Part shown: piece by piece, positions 51,302 through 64,000 of the stretch
How positions within the stretch are numbered: position 1 is the first letter of the stretch
Layout: the number at the start of each line of letters is the position of its first letter
DNA from: Paraphysomonas bandaiensis
Taxonomy: Eukaryota > Protista > Chrysophyceae
Reading direction: 5' to 3'
DNA: 64,000 nucleotides
Assembly (NCBI GenBank): GCA_965644295.1
Contig: CBFFRP010000028.1
Location: 198,998-262,997, forward strand
The notes under the pieces: generated by a model
Told to the model about the DNA's origin: nothing
The model's database searches: none
Seen by the model: the letters and a program-made list of their open reading frames with translations, nothing else
Translations under genes and position numbers: made by a program

Positions 51302-53830
51302 ATGTCATCCTTTTCTATTCCTTCTATTGCTTCTCTGAAAAGTGCTGTTGATGAATTACGAGTGCAATATTACCCTAAGAATGAGACCGAGCGACGGGTA
51401 GGTCCATACTGCTCGTTGTGCATTCAGTTTAATAGAACATATGCTTTAGGTGTATGAGGCATTGTCTTCCAAGAACTGGGGGGCATCCAGTACATTATTG
51501 GGAGAAATTGCATCAGATTCATACGACTAGTGAGTGACCTTCACACTCTGATTATGTGCTGTGGTCATTTATTTACTTTTAACAGTGAAAAATACGGAAT
51601 AATTATGAAGTGTCTGTGGGGTGTTATAGATTCGCAGGGTAGCTCTTGGAAACAAGTGTTCAAAGTATGTCGTTATCAATTGTTGATAGTGTGTAATATC
51701 CACATTGTTAGGCTCTGTCCTTGTTAGAATTTCTCATTAAAAACGGTGCCGAGAGAACGATCGAGGAGTCCAGGGACCACATGAGAACGCTTCGTAGACT
51801 ACAAGATTACAACTTTTACGAGGGTACTGCTGATAAAGGGTCCGGAGTGAGGGAGAAGTCAAAGCAATTGATTGATCTATTGGGCAGCAACGAACAAATC
51901 CGCTCCGAGAGGGAAAAAGCCAAGCGCTTGCGCGATAAATTTACAGGTGTTGGCAGTGATTCCTACGGCTATGGAGGAGGGGGAAGTTATGGGGGTTCTT
52001 ACGGTCGAGACAGCTACTCTGGAGGTGGTCGTCGTGATAGCTATGACAGTTACTCTGGAGGTGGCGGAAGAGGTGAAAGCTGTTGCAGCTGCTCATGAAA
52101 TATATAAAATGTCATTCGCATTTACCTTATTATTTGCTTGTCTTGTGATGATGCTGGTTATACTCAGACACTTACGGTGGAAGCAGTGGACGCCGGTCTA
52201 GCGAGACATCCTCTTATGGGGGAAGTGGCAGTCGGTATGGTGGCGGCTCTTACGACAGCGACCGCCCGGGACGCTACAACGATGAACCTTCTGATTCTGC
52301 TTTCAAAGATCGGAGTGACAGTGGATTCGGTAATCGCTACGATGACGAGGACCGAGGATTCGGATCATCTTCCAAGAAGACCTCGAAATCCGCAACCAGT
52401 GGCAGCACAGGGAAGCTGAAGATTAACCTCAAGACACCGGCGGCGACGTCTTCCAAGCCCACAGCTGCCCCTGCACCTCAGGCCCAGACTCAGCCTGCTC
52501 CCGAGGTTGACTTCTTCGGTTCTAGTTCCGGTCCAGGAGACTTCTTTTCGGAGCCTTCCAAGCCAGCACCAGCTCCTGCCGCAACTTTTGACGCATTTGG
52601 TGGGAGGACGTACAGTTCTTTTATATTTGTAATGCCTATTTGTTTTAGGTACACCCTCGTCTCCCCAGCAATCAGGTGGCTTCGGAGACTTTCAATCTGC
52701 ACCGGCAAACGATGGGTTTTCAGCCTTTCAGTCAGCACCGGCGGCCCCGGCGGCCCCAGCGCAGGCTCAATTCGATGTCTTTTCGCAGCCACCCCCTGCT
52801 CCATCACAGCCAACCTTCGATGCCTTTGCTTCGCAACCCGCAGCCCCTAACACCGGAAATAATAATTTTTATGGTGGTGTCCCGCAACAGCAAAACCAGC
52901 AAATGGGATCGTCGCTTATGGGCAGTGGGATGTCTAATGGAGGAAATATGGGATCTCAGTCTCATCAGGAACAAGATTTTGGCGATTTTGAAGGTGCTTC
53001 TCGTGTGCAGCAGCCTGCTCCTGCTCCTGCCCCATCTCCAGCGAAGCAAGACAAGTGGGGTGCGATGGGAGGCCTTGTAAATCTAGGAGACCTCAGCTCC
53101 CCTAGCGCGCCTGCGAACAACTCGTCGGAGTCAAAAACTGCCTCATCCTCAAGTAGTCAGAACAATAATGCATTTGCCGGATTGGACGGATTTTCCCAGC
53201 AGAGGCAGCCCATGGTGAGTATCCGGCTCGTAACCATTAATATATAGTATGGTTCATGTGGATTGCATTTTGTGCTTATACCGCTTTTTAATACGCTCTA
53301 AACTATTTTATTCAGAGCTCCGGACCTTCAATGAGTTCCATGGGTGGCCATGGACAGTCCTCTGGTATGGGGGGGATGAATATGGGTGGTCCGATGGGGC
53401 CAATGGGCGGTGGTATGGGACGTCCAATGGGTGGACCAGGAATGGGAGGGCCACAACAGATGCACGGTGGTATGGGAGGACCGGGTCCTCAGATGGGAGG
53501 ACAGCAACAGCAGATGGGCCGCCCTATGGGGGCACCTAACATGGGTATGGGCATGGGAGGTCAACAGATGCACGGCGGCATGGGAGGTCAGCAAATGCAC
53601 GGTGGCATGGGGGGACCTCAAATGGGTGGTGGTATGGGAATGGGCGGTCAGATGGGATATCCCCAACAAGGTGGGTTTCCGCAGCAGCGTGGAGGTTACC
53701 CTCCTCAGCAGCAACAACAGCAGGGCTTTCATGGTTTCCCTAACCAGGGACAGCAGGGTGGATTTTCAGGTATGAATATATGTGAGATTTCTGAGTAAAG
53801 TGTTAATGGTTGGGTGCTATAGGATTTTGA
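51302..53830 (+). CDS. ENTH-domain clathrin adaptor, epsinR/CLINT1-like; multi-exon
   Basis: VYEALSSKNWGASS, WKQVFK, LEFLIKNGAER and DKGSGVREKS. Adaptor motifs DFF, FDAF and DFGDF; Met/Gly/Gln-rich C-terminus; stop after the last intron at about 53770-53822. Confidence 0.88.
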
Positions 53831-55154
53831 TCATGCGATGATATACTTGTGCTGTGCCCACACCGGATCATAATGTGCTTGCAATAGTATTTAGCAGGCA
53901 TGTGTAATCTGATCAGGCTTATTTCGCCATAAGTGCCACCTTTTAATCATTAATAGTAACCTGATAATAATAAGCGATCATGTTGGATTATAAAATTAGA
54001 TTAGGGTTTCTAGTTCATCGACATTCATGGGATAAGAGTCCCTAAAAGGATCATATTACCCTTTAATTATATTTTCTTGGCTGTATTGACTATATACTTA
54101 TATGTAATATATGGAGATAAAGAGGTCCTAGTTGTCTCTTGTAACTCTTCAAGTCTCGATTTCATAAAGTGACCACCAGGGCTGCGTATCAAAATTGTCA
54201 AGTAATTGACACTGCAGGTTGTAGTCAATTATAATTGCAGTTATTACTTGCTGCCTCAATTTCGATTATTGCAATTAACTGCAATTAATTGCAATTATTT
54301 AGTACTAGAATACACTAGCTGCTAGCTGCCAATAAAGCTACCTTCACTGTCACTGACTACTAGCTCTAAGCAACCTCACATGCAAAGACAATTATCAAAA
54401 ACTTACAATCACTACCTACGATTTCTAGTTTCTAGTCCTTTTGGGATCGCCTTCATCCATAATCGATACCAGTTACCTACTTACTAAGACCTAAGAAACC
54501 GCATTATTTTTATTGTACTTGATGCATATTACTTATTAGACTTAAAAGTACAATCATTTTGAGACTAACAATATTTGATGAATTATATCAGTAATCAGTT
54601 TTTTTGCACCATGGGAAGTGAGCTTGATTGCTTATAGCGAGTTATTTAGTATTGGTGCTTTATAATATTTTGATAGGTAGGTGATGTACCAAAAATAGGT
54701 AGGACAAGTAATAAAACCCTTAAAGGGTATATGTTAGTAGGAAAGCCAGATAACTGGTTGTTTGTAGCAATATGTACTATGTACAATTACCAATAATCTA
54801 CTATCAGAATATAGGTGTATATGTATATATTATACATGAAAATACATGCACCGGCATCATGAAACTGTTATTTACAGTTTACACACAATGCAATGTTTCT
54901 TTAAGTTCCAACTTGCCGTACCGTAGATGCTTTGATCGTAACATATTGGAGTAGTATTTTACCTCAGCAAAGTGTCAATGCAATAACAGTTGACGGGTGT
55001 AAGATTCATATCATCCTTACTTAAAGTATGCTGGCTAGTTACAACAGCCATTAAAACCGACAAGTGCCGCATCTATTGGCATCATAAAATTACAATGATG
55101 CTACGTATCATAGCATCAGGCAACTATACGCAAAAAAATCACGTCAAAATTAAG

Positions 55155-56480
55155 CTACCCCAACTGCTTGCGCGTTAAAGTTCCAGCCTTAAAGGAGTCA
55201 ATAAAAGAACCCACAGAGTCATCTGTAACATCTGTAGCGTCCGACAAGTAGAATCCTCCCCCATCAGGGATATTTAGAAGAACTAATTGCGCATCCTCTG
55301 CGGACTCAACAGTTGACAGTTTGCAGAGCTCTCGAATTCGGGATGCCATAGGTGAAGGTTTAAAGGCATAAAAGAAGAGCATTTCCGGCCCCTCGGCAGA
55401 AGCAGCTTTGGCTTTCGCTAAGCGCTCACCAAATTTTGCAAGTACGGCCTTAGCATCAGCCTGATCGTCGTCTCCGCAGTTTTCCATAAGTGCAACTAGA
55501 GTCGGCTTGGAGTTGACATCGAACCCAAATGATTCAACGCCTTGAGATAGATCCTCAACAGGCTCCGGGTAATACGGAAATCTTTCTCCGCGTGGATCAG
55601 AGTCAATACATCCCCTAGCACTCTTGTTCACTACGTTCCCATCGGGGTCCATTATGACCAAACTGGGAATTCCCTCAACTTCGAAACGAGAGGAGAGAGC
55701 CCCAATCCTACTGTCCTTAAAAGGCAGGGTGATCCATGGCATTTCAGCATAGTACTCGTCGAACTGTTCTTTGCTCTGATCAGAAGAGCAAAACACAACT
55801 TCAAAATCATTCTTTCCTTTTTCTTTTCGCTCGTTGTAGTATTTAACGAGCTTCGGGGTGAACCCACGACAGGGTGGGCACCAGTGTGCGGAAAAGTAGA
55901 GTCCCAAATACTAGACAAACCCATAAATTAGGTAGTTTAGGCAGACAAAACACAAAATTACCTTTCCTTCGAAATGAGAAGAATCGACAGGTCCATTTTT
56001 CCCAATGAAGCTATTGCCTAACTCCTCTTTCAAGGGCAGTGGAACCCATGGAAACTTCTCTCCAGTTGGGTCTTCAGAAACGCAAGTCCTTCCATTCTTA
56101 GAGATAAGAGACCCATCCTTATTCAATACCACAAGACAAGGGATTCCATTCACTCCAAACTTAGATGACAGTTTTGACTTGAGCTGCCTTTCAGAGAAAG
56201 GTAAAGCTGTCCAAGGCATATCACTGTAATAGCCATTGAAACCAGCATCATCTTTATCAGAGCTGACAAAAACAATCTCGAAATCTTGACGTTTAGTCTT
56301 GAGATCATTGTAAAATTTCACTAATTGTGGAGTGAATCCACGGCAAGGAGGGCACCAGTGTGCAGAGAAGTATATGAGAACGACCTTATCCTCCAGCACA
56401 GATACTGTGGGTGAATTAGACACTTCGCCATTCGATTTTGTCTGAAGAGTTGATCCGAAAAGAGCTTCCCAATGAGCCAT
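55155..56480 (-). CDS. Nucleoredoxin / tryparedoxin-like oxidoreductase
   Basis: Two YFSAHWCPPCRGFTP thioredoxin domains plus a C-terminal Trx-like domain without CxxC; intron 55911-55961. Confidence 0.93.
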
Positions 56481-56725
56481 AGTAGTATTAGAGTGTGTAT
56501 ATTATTCGCAGTGTTCTATTTAGTGTAATTGTGAAGTATTTGCGTTCTGACAGTCGTGTCGGTGTGTCTAGATGGGATGTTGTGGGGTGTGTTTTTGGTA
56601 TCTTATCTCACATCTTCTGGCAAATTTCTCACCTCTACTTGATAATGTTGCTCACAAGAAATATCTTGAAGAGGTGAAACTGAAACCTTCGGAGAAAGTA
56701 CAGGAATATTCTATATTCAGTTTTG

Positions 56726-56785
56726 GCAGCTCGCGATATATCGCGATTTTCTCTCAATAAAATATCGCGTTATATCGCGAGCTGC
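56726..56785. repeat. 60-bp inverted repeat / hairpin in a divergent intergenic region
   Basis: gcagctcgcgatata ... tatatcgcgagctgc (15-bp perfect arms, extendable with mismatches). Confidence 0.8.
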
Positions 56786-57055
56786 ATGTATACCCTGTAT
56801 ACAGTACAAAATACGTATGAGTGGAAATACAGCAGCAGTGTGTACACAGGTACATGTGCAGATGTACAGCAGTACATGGAGATGCATATTCTTTTCTGTT
56901 TAAACTTCTTCTGATGTCCATGTAGGTAACAGTGACATAAGGCGATAACATACACCCCCCTTCAGACCTCATCCAGCCCACACTCCGCCACATGAATACA
57001 TGCAGCGAACAAACCTTATTCATACTCAGCGCTAACATGAGTGTGTGAGAGCAGC

Positions 57056-60000
57056 ATGAGCATTCTATCAGGGGGGTTTATTTCTTATCTGTGTTTTTGG
57101 GTTGAGTTTTGGACACGGTTCGTTCTCATAAATATCCCCGCTGCTATTCTAGCGAAGTTTCCTGAAGTGGATCGCATATGCAGCATATCGTTTGCTTATT
57201 TATTGCTTCAAGTTGTTGGTTTTTGTTGGGCTTTTTTAGTTAACGCTGCATTCGCTGTTGCGTGTCAGGCCGCTGCGTTTATTCCGCTTAACGATTCCTT
57301 CAATGAAGCAAGTACTCTCCAGCTGGTTGCTTCATTCTACTTTGTGTATTCTTCGGCAAGGGTAGTGGTGTCTTTTGCTCAGTATGCTGCATACCTTGCC
57401 CTGCAGTCCTTACAAGACTTTCCGCACTTCGTTGAGGTGAGTCGGGACACTTATATATGCATTTATATGCACTATTAATACTTTGTTTTCAGGAGTCACG
57501 CTTGCACGGCCAGAGCGCGTTGCGTGTTTCTACTGTCATGTTTATTCCAGTCGTCATGATTATATTGTCTGTTCTAACGGCGGATGCAACGTGCTCGAAT
57601 TCATTCTTCTGGTTTCAGTTTCTCTGCAACCATACTGGGTTGCACTTTGTTAGCCAAGAATTCCCTTCTATTCGTAAAATAATGTTAGTCACCTGTATAT
57701 TCCTAGTACTTCAGATGTGGCAAGTGTATCTGTATCAGTACCCGCGATGGGATCTAGCTATGAGGCGTATTCCGAAACTAGAATGTATAGCCCTGCAATT
57801 GACTATGCTTTTCATTGCTATTGCAACCCTAATCACCCTCTCTGGCCTTGTTTTGAGCTGTACTGTGCCGTACATATACGAGACATATTTCCATCTTCTC
57901 TGGTTGCCCGATCCTGAAACTTGGGCATGGGTAGCGTTGTTAGGTTGGACTCTCTGGTTATGCTTTTTTACTCGGCGAGCACTAATGGCCTCTGATGGTG
58001 ATCGGGAGTCAAGCATATCCAGTCCACCGTCGTCACTTCAAGCACCAGGCACATCGCTACGGCATATGGCGAGGTGTTTGCGACTCTCGCAAATTTTGTT
58101 CTTTTGCATGTTTTTCTTCATTACCAGCCTGTTGGCTGGCTACTTAAGGGCACAGCTGGACACCACCCTTATCGGTATCGCCACACCTGCAGTTGTTGTT
58201 GTGATTGTTGCTTTGACGATTACTTCGTTGCAAATTAATACCACATTAGCATATATTGGTGCGCCCGCATGTCTGGCATTGGCGTTGTTTGTGTGTGCAC
58301 ACATGACCTCGCGTATCGGCGGTAAGGGGTCTATCCTATTGGTTTTTGCCCATGCATTTGGAAAGATGGTACAGTACTTTGGAAATAGCCTTCCTGGAGA
58401 GGAAGACGATTACACGTGGGATTTACCAGAACGAAAAGGAGACAAGAGTAGAGAGAAAAACGGACAAGGGAAATTTCGTCGGCGCAGCGAATCATTATGC
58501 TCTGATGAGTCTTCTCCATCCCCTGTTACTCCTGGAACACCATCTACCCCTTCCGCGACTTCTCGTACCCGTCCACACCTTGGAAATGCTTCCAGAAGCT
58601 CGACTGATCTTGTTGGCACAGGAAGCTCCACAGATAATAGTAGGTCAAGTGATAGTAAGTGGCGGCGGAGTATCAGTTACGACGATCTCAAAAACTTATC
58701 CCACCCGGCCACAGAAGCACTGACAGACTGTCACAACATGGCCATACAAACTCTCGCTAATAGGGGACTAGACCACTCAGCATTGGTTTCTGCCTCACTG
58801 CCTTCCACCGTTCGTACACACTGGTTAACTCGTCTGAGTAGTAGGATAGTTGGTTTTTCTATCCATATGGCTCGGAAAGTCGCCATTACTGATACTGTAT
58901 TAGCTGGAGTAATGCGAGCTGGGACAGCTCTTGGCGTCGTCGTAGCATTAATATTAGGCATCATTAGCATTGCTAGTATGCTCCAGCAGAATATGAAGCT
59001 ATTTCCGACTTTGATAAGCTTCCACGAATCCAAGGGAGAGTTACTATTTAATCACATCATCAGCAATGCAACTCTAATTAAGTCTCCTTCCTTGGATCCT
59101 CTCTGTATTGCAAACTCTTCCAACAGCAACGACGAACCGAATTGGGTAAAATGCGATACTGGGGGATTGTATACAGCCAAACCTCAGTCGATACGGAAGC
59201 GAAAGCCACGTTATGCCGCCTGTGATCTTCGATGGAATACTCTTTCATTACTTGACTTAGCAATATTCTCGGAGTTGAGTTATTTCGACGTCCAGGATGA
59301 AGACGGCGAGCACTGTTCTGAGGGTAGTGGTGGGGATGCCATGCAACATATGATTGACCAATTTTTTCCTGGAATGGGGTTTGTGCACGTACGTGGAGGG
59401 AAAGATGGTGTGTCATCTCCAAGTTGGCAAACAAGAATACACAAGAGGCACGAGAGTGTCCCGGATTGGGTTCGATGGGTGTATTTTACTCGTCCGACGG
59501 CGTATGCTCCCGAAGAAGATAGACCATTATCCAGTGGATTCACTTATTCTGTAGGACATCCGATGTACTTAGAAGCTACGAGTGAGAAGCTTGGTGTGAC
59601 TGTAATCGCGGTCAGAGGAACTGATGTGGGGCGCTTGCAGGATTTCCTGGTATACTTAACCTGTCGCTGTGCTCAATTTTTATGTGTAATGTTCTTTATT
59701 CAACAGGAAGATGTAAAGCTTTTTGCTGAACCAGTGCTTATGTCTCTTCTTTCGTGTGTATTTCCACTGATGCGTCTTTGGGCAGACTCTACAACCAGTA
59801 CTATTATCCAGTTACTACATGAGAGTAATGTTTTCTTTGGCTTAGTGGGAGAGGCAGAGTATTATCAGCCTCTTGTGCAAAGAGTACGGGAGATTTCATC
59901 TGAGTCAGCTGATAACAGAACTGTCATTCTGACGGGTCACAGTCTTGGTGGGGGACTTGCGCGGATTGTAGGGGCCCTTACAACGCTACCATCTGTATCT

Positions 60001-60509
60001 TTCGCTCCGCCAGGTATTGCCCTCAGCCATAGGAAGTATAGCGTTGTCAGCGAGTCTAGAGGCAGTGGAGAAGGCAACGACATGAAACCAAAGAAGAGAC
60101 TTCAAATAAAAGGAATTCGAGCCCTGCATGATCAGAGTGTGGCTGTACTCACAGATTCTGACTGGTAAATATCATATATTGTTTAATTCTCGTGTGACAG
60201 TGACATGAATGTGTCGTTAGGATACCTCAAGTCGATCAGCAAGTTGGTCTTATACAGAAAATAATGTGTGATGCTAGCGACAAATCGCATCAGAATGCTT
60301 GTCATCTGTTGGAAGGAACCATATGTCACCTCATGCGGCACTGTGGTGATGACAAAGACAGATTTGTTGATTGTTCATTTTCTTTCAATTTCAATGCTGT
60401 TTTTCCATCCCTTCAAAGGTTAGTATGGAAGCATCGATGGATTGTGGGCCCTGTGGCTTTAACCGTCCCTGTCATCATTGGATTGGCAATTGTACCAGAA
60501 ATAGTGTAA
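57056..60509 (+). CDS. Multi-pass membrane protein with a C-terminal class-3 lipase domain
   Basis: VIAVRGT, ILTGHSLGG, SVSFAPPG, DWIPQVD and ACH; many hydrophobic helices at the N-terminus and one at the C-terminus. Introns at about 57437-57492, 59650-59706 and 60164-60220. Confidence 0.85.
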
Positions 60510-61058
60510 ATTGTATGTGGAAATTCACCGACCATTCTTTTGTAAGTAGTACTTTGGTTAGCGATAGTTTATAAGATCGACGACTCGTCGCTAATAAGTA
60601 AGTGTTTTTTCCGAGTTGTGTAGTTGGATTCATGATAAGTGCCGTCTTAAATGACAGTGGATAGTTGTAATCATTTCTACACACGCTAAAACGATGATAA
60701 ATAAGTCAGAAGTGATGCAAAATGTGAAACACTGGAATCTAATTTTAATTGTTGTATCTCCGTATGGCATGATCTATAGCTAGAGACATATGTATACTTC
60801 CCACCTTGAAAATATAGAATTACTGTTACTTTGTCTTCTACTTCAATGTTCAATGTATCAACTATGAGAACTTTCAGATATAAGAAAGTTATCACGCTTT
60901 TCAATGAAGAAAATAGTAGCTGATTTTCTTAAATTGAAAATTCACAGTAAAATTCACTATTGAATATTTAAAAACAAGTTTGAGCAACCTACTTTATTTG
61001 TTAACATAGGACATTTCACTGAAGTTAACTTTGCTCTACGCGTAAACCGTAACCTTGC

Positions 61059-62699
61059 TGTTGAACACAATGCACTTTCAAGTAAGAAATTATGATTATT
61101 ATTCTGAACACTTCACTACATATTCGTGTAACATATGTTGAAACATCTGTTCTTAGCAACATCTGTTTATCATATGTTCATCAGTCAGTTCTATATCTTG
61201 TATAGTCACACATCAGTAACTGAATTTAATTCCTTTGTAACTATAATCACCCGTTACACCTATGAGTTGACTTTACCTATTGCACACTGTTAACTCACTT
61301 CAATTGCACAATATATATCACATCATATTGCAGAACTCAACACTCCCACTCAATTGGATGTAGTTAACCATTCTAAAATTTGTGAAAAACATTGCTATCG
61401 GATACGCAACCACCGAACCTCATAGGACACTGGTGGACGTATGACTCCGCTGGTATAGCTAGCTCCCACCATTCATTCACCTCTATCTAGTTACGACGAA
61501 CTCTCTTTACCTTGGGTACCTCTGCGATAATTTGTGCAGTAGTCTTAAATTTTTCCCCAAGATTTCGCTCCCTCTGTTCAATGAATATTGGACCACTCAA
61601 AGCCTTGGTATATATATCAGCCATCTGTTGTCGACTGCTCACATGAATTAATTTCGCTGTATTAAACTGTTCGGGATCCACATGCTCTCTAATCATATGA
61701 TACTTAATCTCAATATGTTTCGATCGTTGATGTTGCACTGGATTTTCCGATATATCCTGAGCACTTTGACTATCCAGGAATAATGGTGTGGGCTCGTCAA
61801 TTTTCAATCCTACTTCACCAGTCACCCCCCGAGACCATATCATTTCCTGTAATCCATTATATAAGCATTGATACTCTGCTTGCATAGTCGATGTAGCTAC
61901 AGTAGACTGAAGTTTGGAACCCCACGATAGTGGTCCACCAGCTCCAAACATAACATAACCTGAAGTTGATCTCCTCGTCAACGGGTCACCCGCCCAGTCA
62001 GCATCCGTGAACATATGAAGATCAAAATCTTTCCCTCTATATTGAATGCCTTTTTCCGTAGTACCTCGTACATACTGCATTAAATGTATCATTAGTTTAC
62101 ATACAGTGATATTCACTTTCGTTGAGAATCGTGACAATACTCCCACTGCATATGATATATCCGGCCTTGTATTCATAGATAAATAGAGTAACGCTCCTAT
62201 TAGTGGACGATAGGGAAAATTGTCAACTAATTCCTGCTCTTCAGTCGAATGCACATGTTCCACTCCCACTTTGATCCTATCCATGACATCACTAGGTAGT
62301 GGGTATCGCCGAGTCTTGTCCCTTGGACCCAGAAAGTCCACATACTTCGCCAATACCTTTTTGATGTACACTGTCTGGTCAAGTTTGAGACAATTCTGAG
62401 TTCTCGTCACTCTCACGTTCAAAAACTGGCCAATCTCATTCATATCTGTAATATCGAACCTTTCACATACTCGTCGCTTAATTTCCAAAATAATACTCGT
62501 ATCTCGACATGCTATCAGCATATCATCTACATATATTACTAACAGAACTAATTCACCCCTGATCCGTGTAAAATATAAACATGGGTCAAGTATACATGAT
62601 ATAAAATGTAAGGACTTAATAAACTTGTTAAGACATTTATACCATGACCGTGGTGAGCTTCGAAGACCATATAAACTTTTCTTCAGTTTAAAGCAGTAT
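61059..62699 (-). mobile_element. Ty1/Copia retrotransposon, 3' part (RT-RNase H, PPT, 3' LTR); 5'-truncated
   Basis: Open frame 62699-61487 with KLKKSLYGL, DPCLY, YVDD, TRPDI, FTDADWAG..RRSTSG and RSKHIEIKYH. PPT TGAGTGGGAG is followed by an LTR starting TGTTGAG at 61342 and ending TCAACA at 61059 (or 61136). Confidence 0.92.
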
Positions 62700-64000
62700 C
62701 ACAACAGTGGTAGGAGACTTGTGTAAAATACTCCTCGAGCATGTTTTGTAAGAAGCGCTCAGCTATGACCAACACCTTGGAGAGATCGAGCCAGGCTGGT
62801 CGGTGGCGGTCCACATGACCGACCGCACCCTATACACCTCCGGTGACACATCGTCCCCCACAGTCAAGACTGAATCTGTCATGACAATTCTGAGCGTTGC
62901 CGCCTATGAAGAGGACCATAGCCACGATGGACATCCCGGGTGCCCACCTAAACGGCTCGACCTCGGACATCCCCACATGCATCCGGATCCTAGGACGTTG
63001 CGAAGGTCCACGTGCGACACAGAGCCCTCATCTCCGAATATGTTCAACCCAATGGGACATGCTTGCAGTGACGCAGTCCGAGGCCTTGTACGGATCTACC
63101 CGAAGCGGGACTACGCGCGCGCGGCACCGAACCATTTCCAGGGGTGCTGCTGGAGGCCAGTTTCGAGATCAGGTCGGCGGCGCTACCATGTGTGTGTTTA
63201 CTGTATGTGAGCAAACGTGGCAAGTGCACCCATAGCACTCCACGTGGACGACACTCACTGGTCACCACAACTTCCGAAGGAGCTCACCGAATGGCTCGAG
63301 AAGCTTCCTCAGTGACAAGTTCGGAAAGGTAACCACAGAAACCGAATCCCAGATCCCATATCTCCGGGATGGTCCTCACCGTGCATGACCAGGAACACAT
63401 CACTGTCTCCCGCGCACTGCTTACATTGACGACACTTCGTGACCACAGCGACGGATCCAAGGCCAAGACTCCAGCGACAAAGCACTTGTTCCGGAGCGAC
63501 AAGCCTGGGGGCAGTGGACGCTAGTGAATATCTCAGCCTCTGATGAAACTTATGTACCTAGCCAAGAGGATCAGACCCGATATCTTGCTTGCGTGCATGC
63601 ATTGCTTTCCACCAGGGCAAAGTGTCCGTTTCACCACTCTGACCGATGCAAGCTGCTGCGAGTGTTGGCATACATCAATGGCGCAAAGACCTGACGCTGA
63701 CACTCGACCAGACTCTATCACACTTGAGTGTTGGGCAGACGCGAGGATATGGGTTCGCAGATGGGAAAGGGCATACGAGGCATCGTGATGAAGATAGGCT
63801 CCAGGAGTGGTGGAACCATACTTGCAAAGTCAGTCAAGCAGAAGTGTGTGAGCCGCTCCTCATCCGAGTCAGAACTCATCTCTGCAGACACTGGTATTCC
63901 CAATCCTCGTCCAGAGAACACTGCTCTCAGACCTGGGTTACCCGCAGCCTCCGACTGTGCTTTATCAGGACAACAAGTCCTCCATCTCCTTATCTGAGAA
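62700..64000 (+). mobile_element. Degenerate CoDi-like Copia RT/RNase H with frameshifts; continues beyond the window
   Basis: Fragments DTSSPTVKTESVMTILSVAAYE, MDIPGAHLN, EALYG, LMYLAKRIRPDI, WADA and KSVKQKCVSRSSSESELI across several frames. Confidence 0.8.

Noticed and set aside
55155-56480. Possible selenoprotein or stop-codon recoding
   Set aside because: Both active sites are ordinary WCPPC, and the ORF breaks examined in this window are explained by GT-AG introns.

Overview
Eukaryotic nuclear DNA in the standard genetic code, gene-dense, with very short GT-AG introns (mostly 44-65 nt). It most likely comes from a flagellated stramenopile such as a chrysophyte/ochrophyte; this is inferred from CFAP58, a stramenopile-type cyclin B, CoDi-like Copia and a PS/PT-repeat REJ protein. 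About 14 protein-coding genes are supported: a myosin with a long helical tail (runs off the left edge), a Spo12-motif/Maf fusion, a RING-MIU-NZF ubiquitin protein, CFAP58, an RNI-like LRR protein, a Yip1 protein, a CRAL-TRIO protein, an orphan, a USP, cyclin B, a ~4170-aa mucin-repeat/REJ/GPS polycystin-1-like membrane protein, an epsinR-like ENTH protein, nucleoredoxin and a multi-TM class-3 lipase. Twelve of these genes form six head-to-head pairs. Repeats (nested dispersed repeats, TA-initiated solo LTRs, hAT/pogo remnants, two Copia lineages) lie mainly in the convergent or tandem intergenic gaps. The most novel candidate is a Maf-fold probable pseudoenzyme carrying a near-perfect Spo12 double-SP (Cdk) motif. 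All intron and domain calls were made by eye, without database searches.
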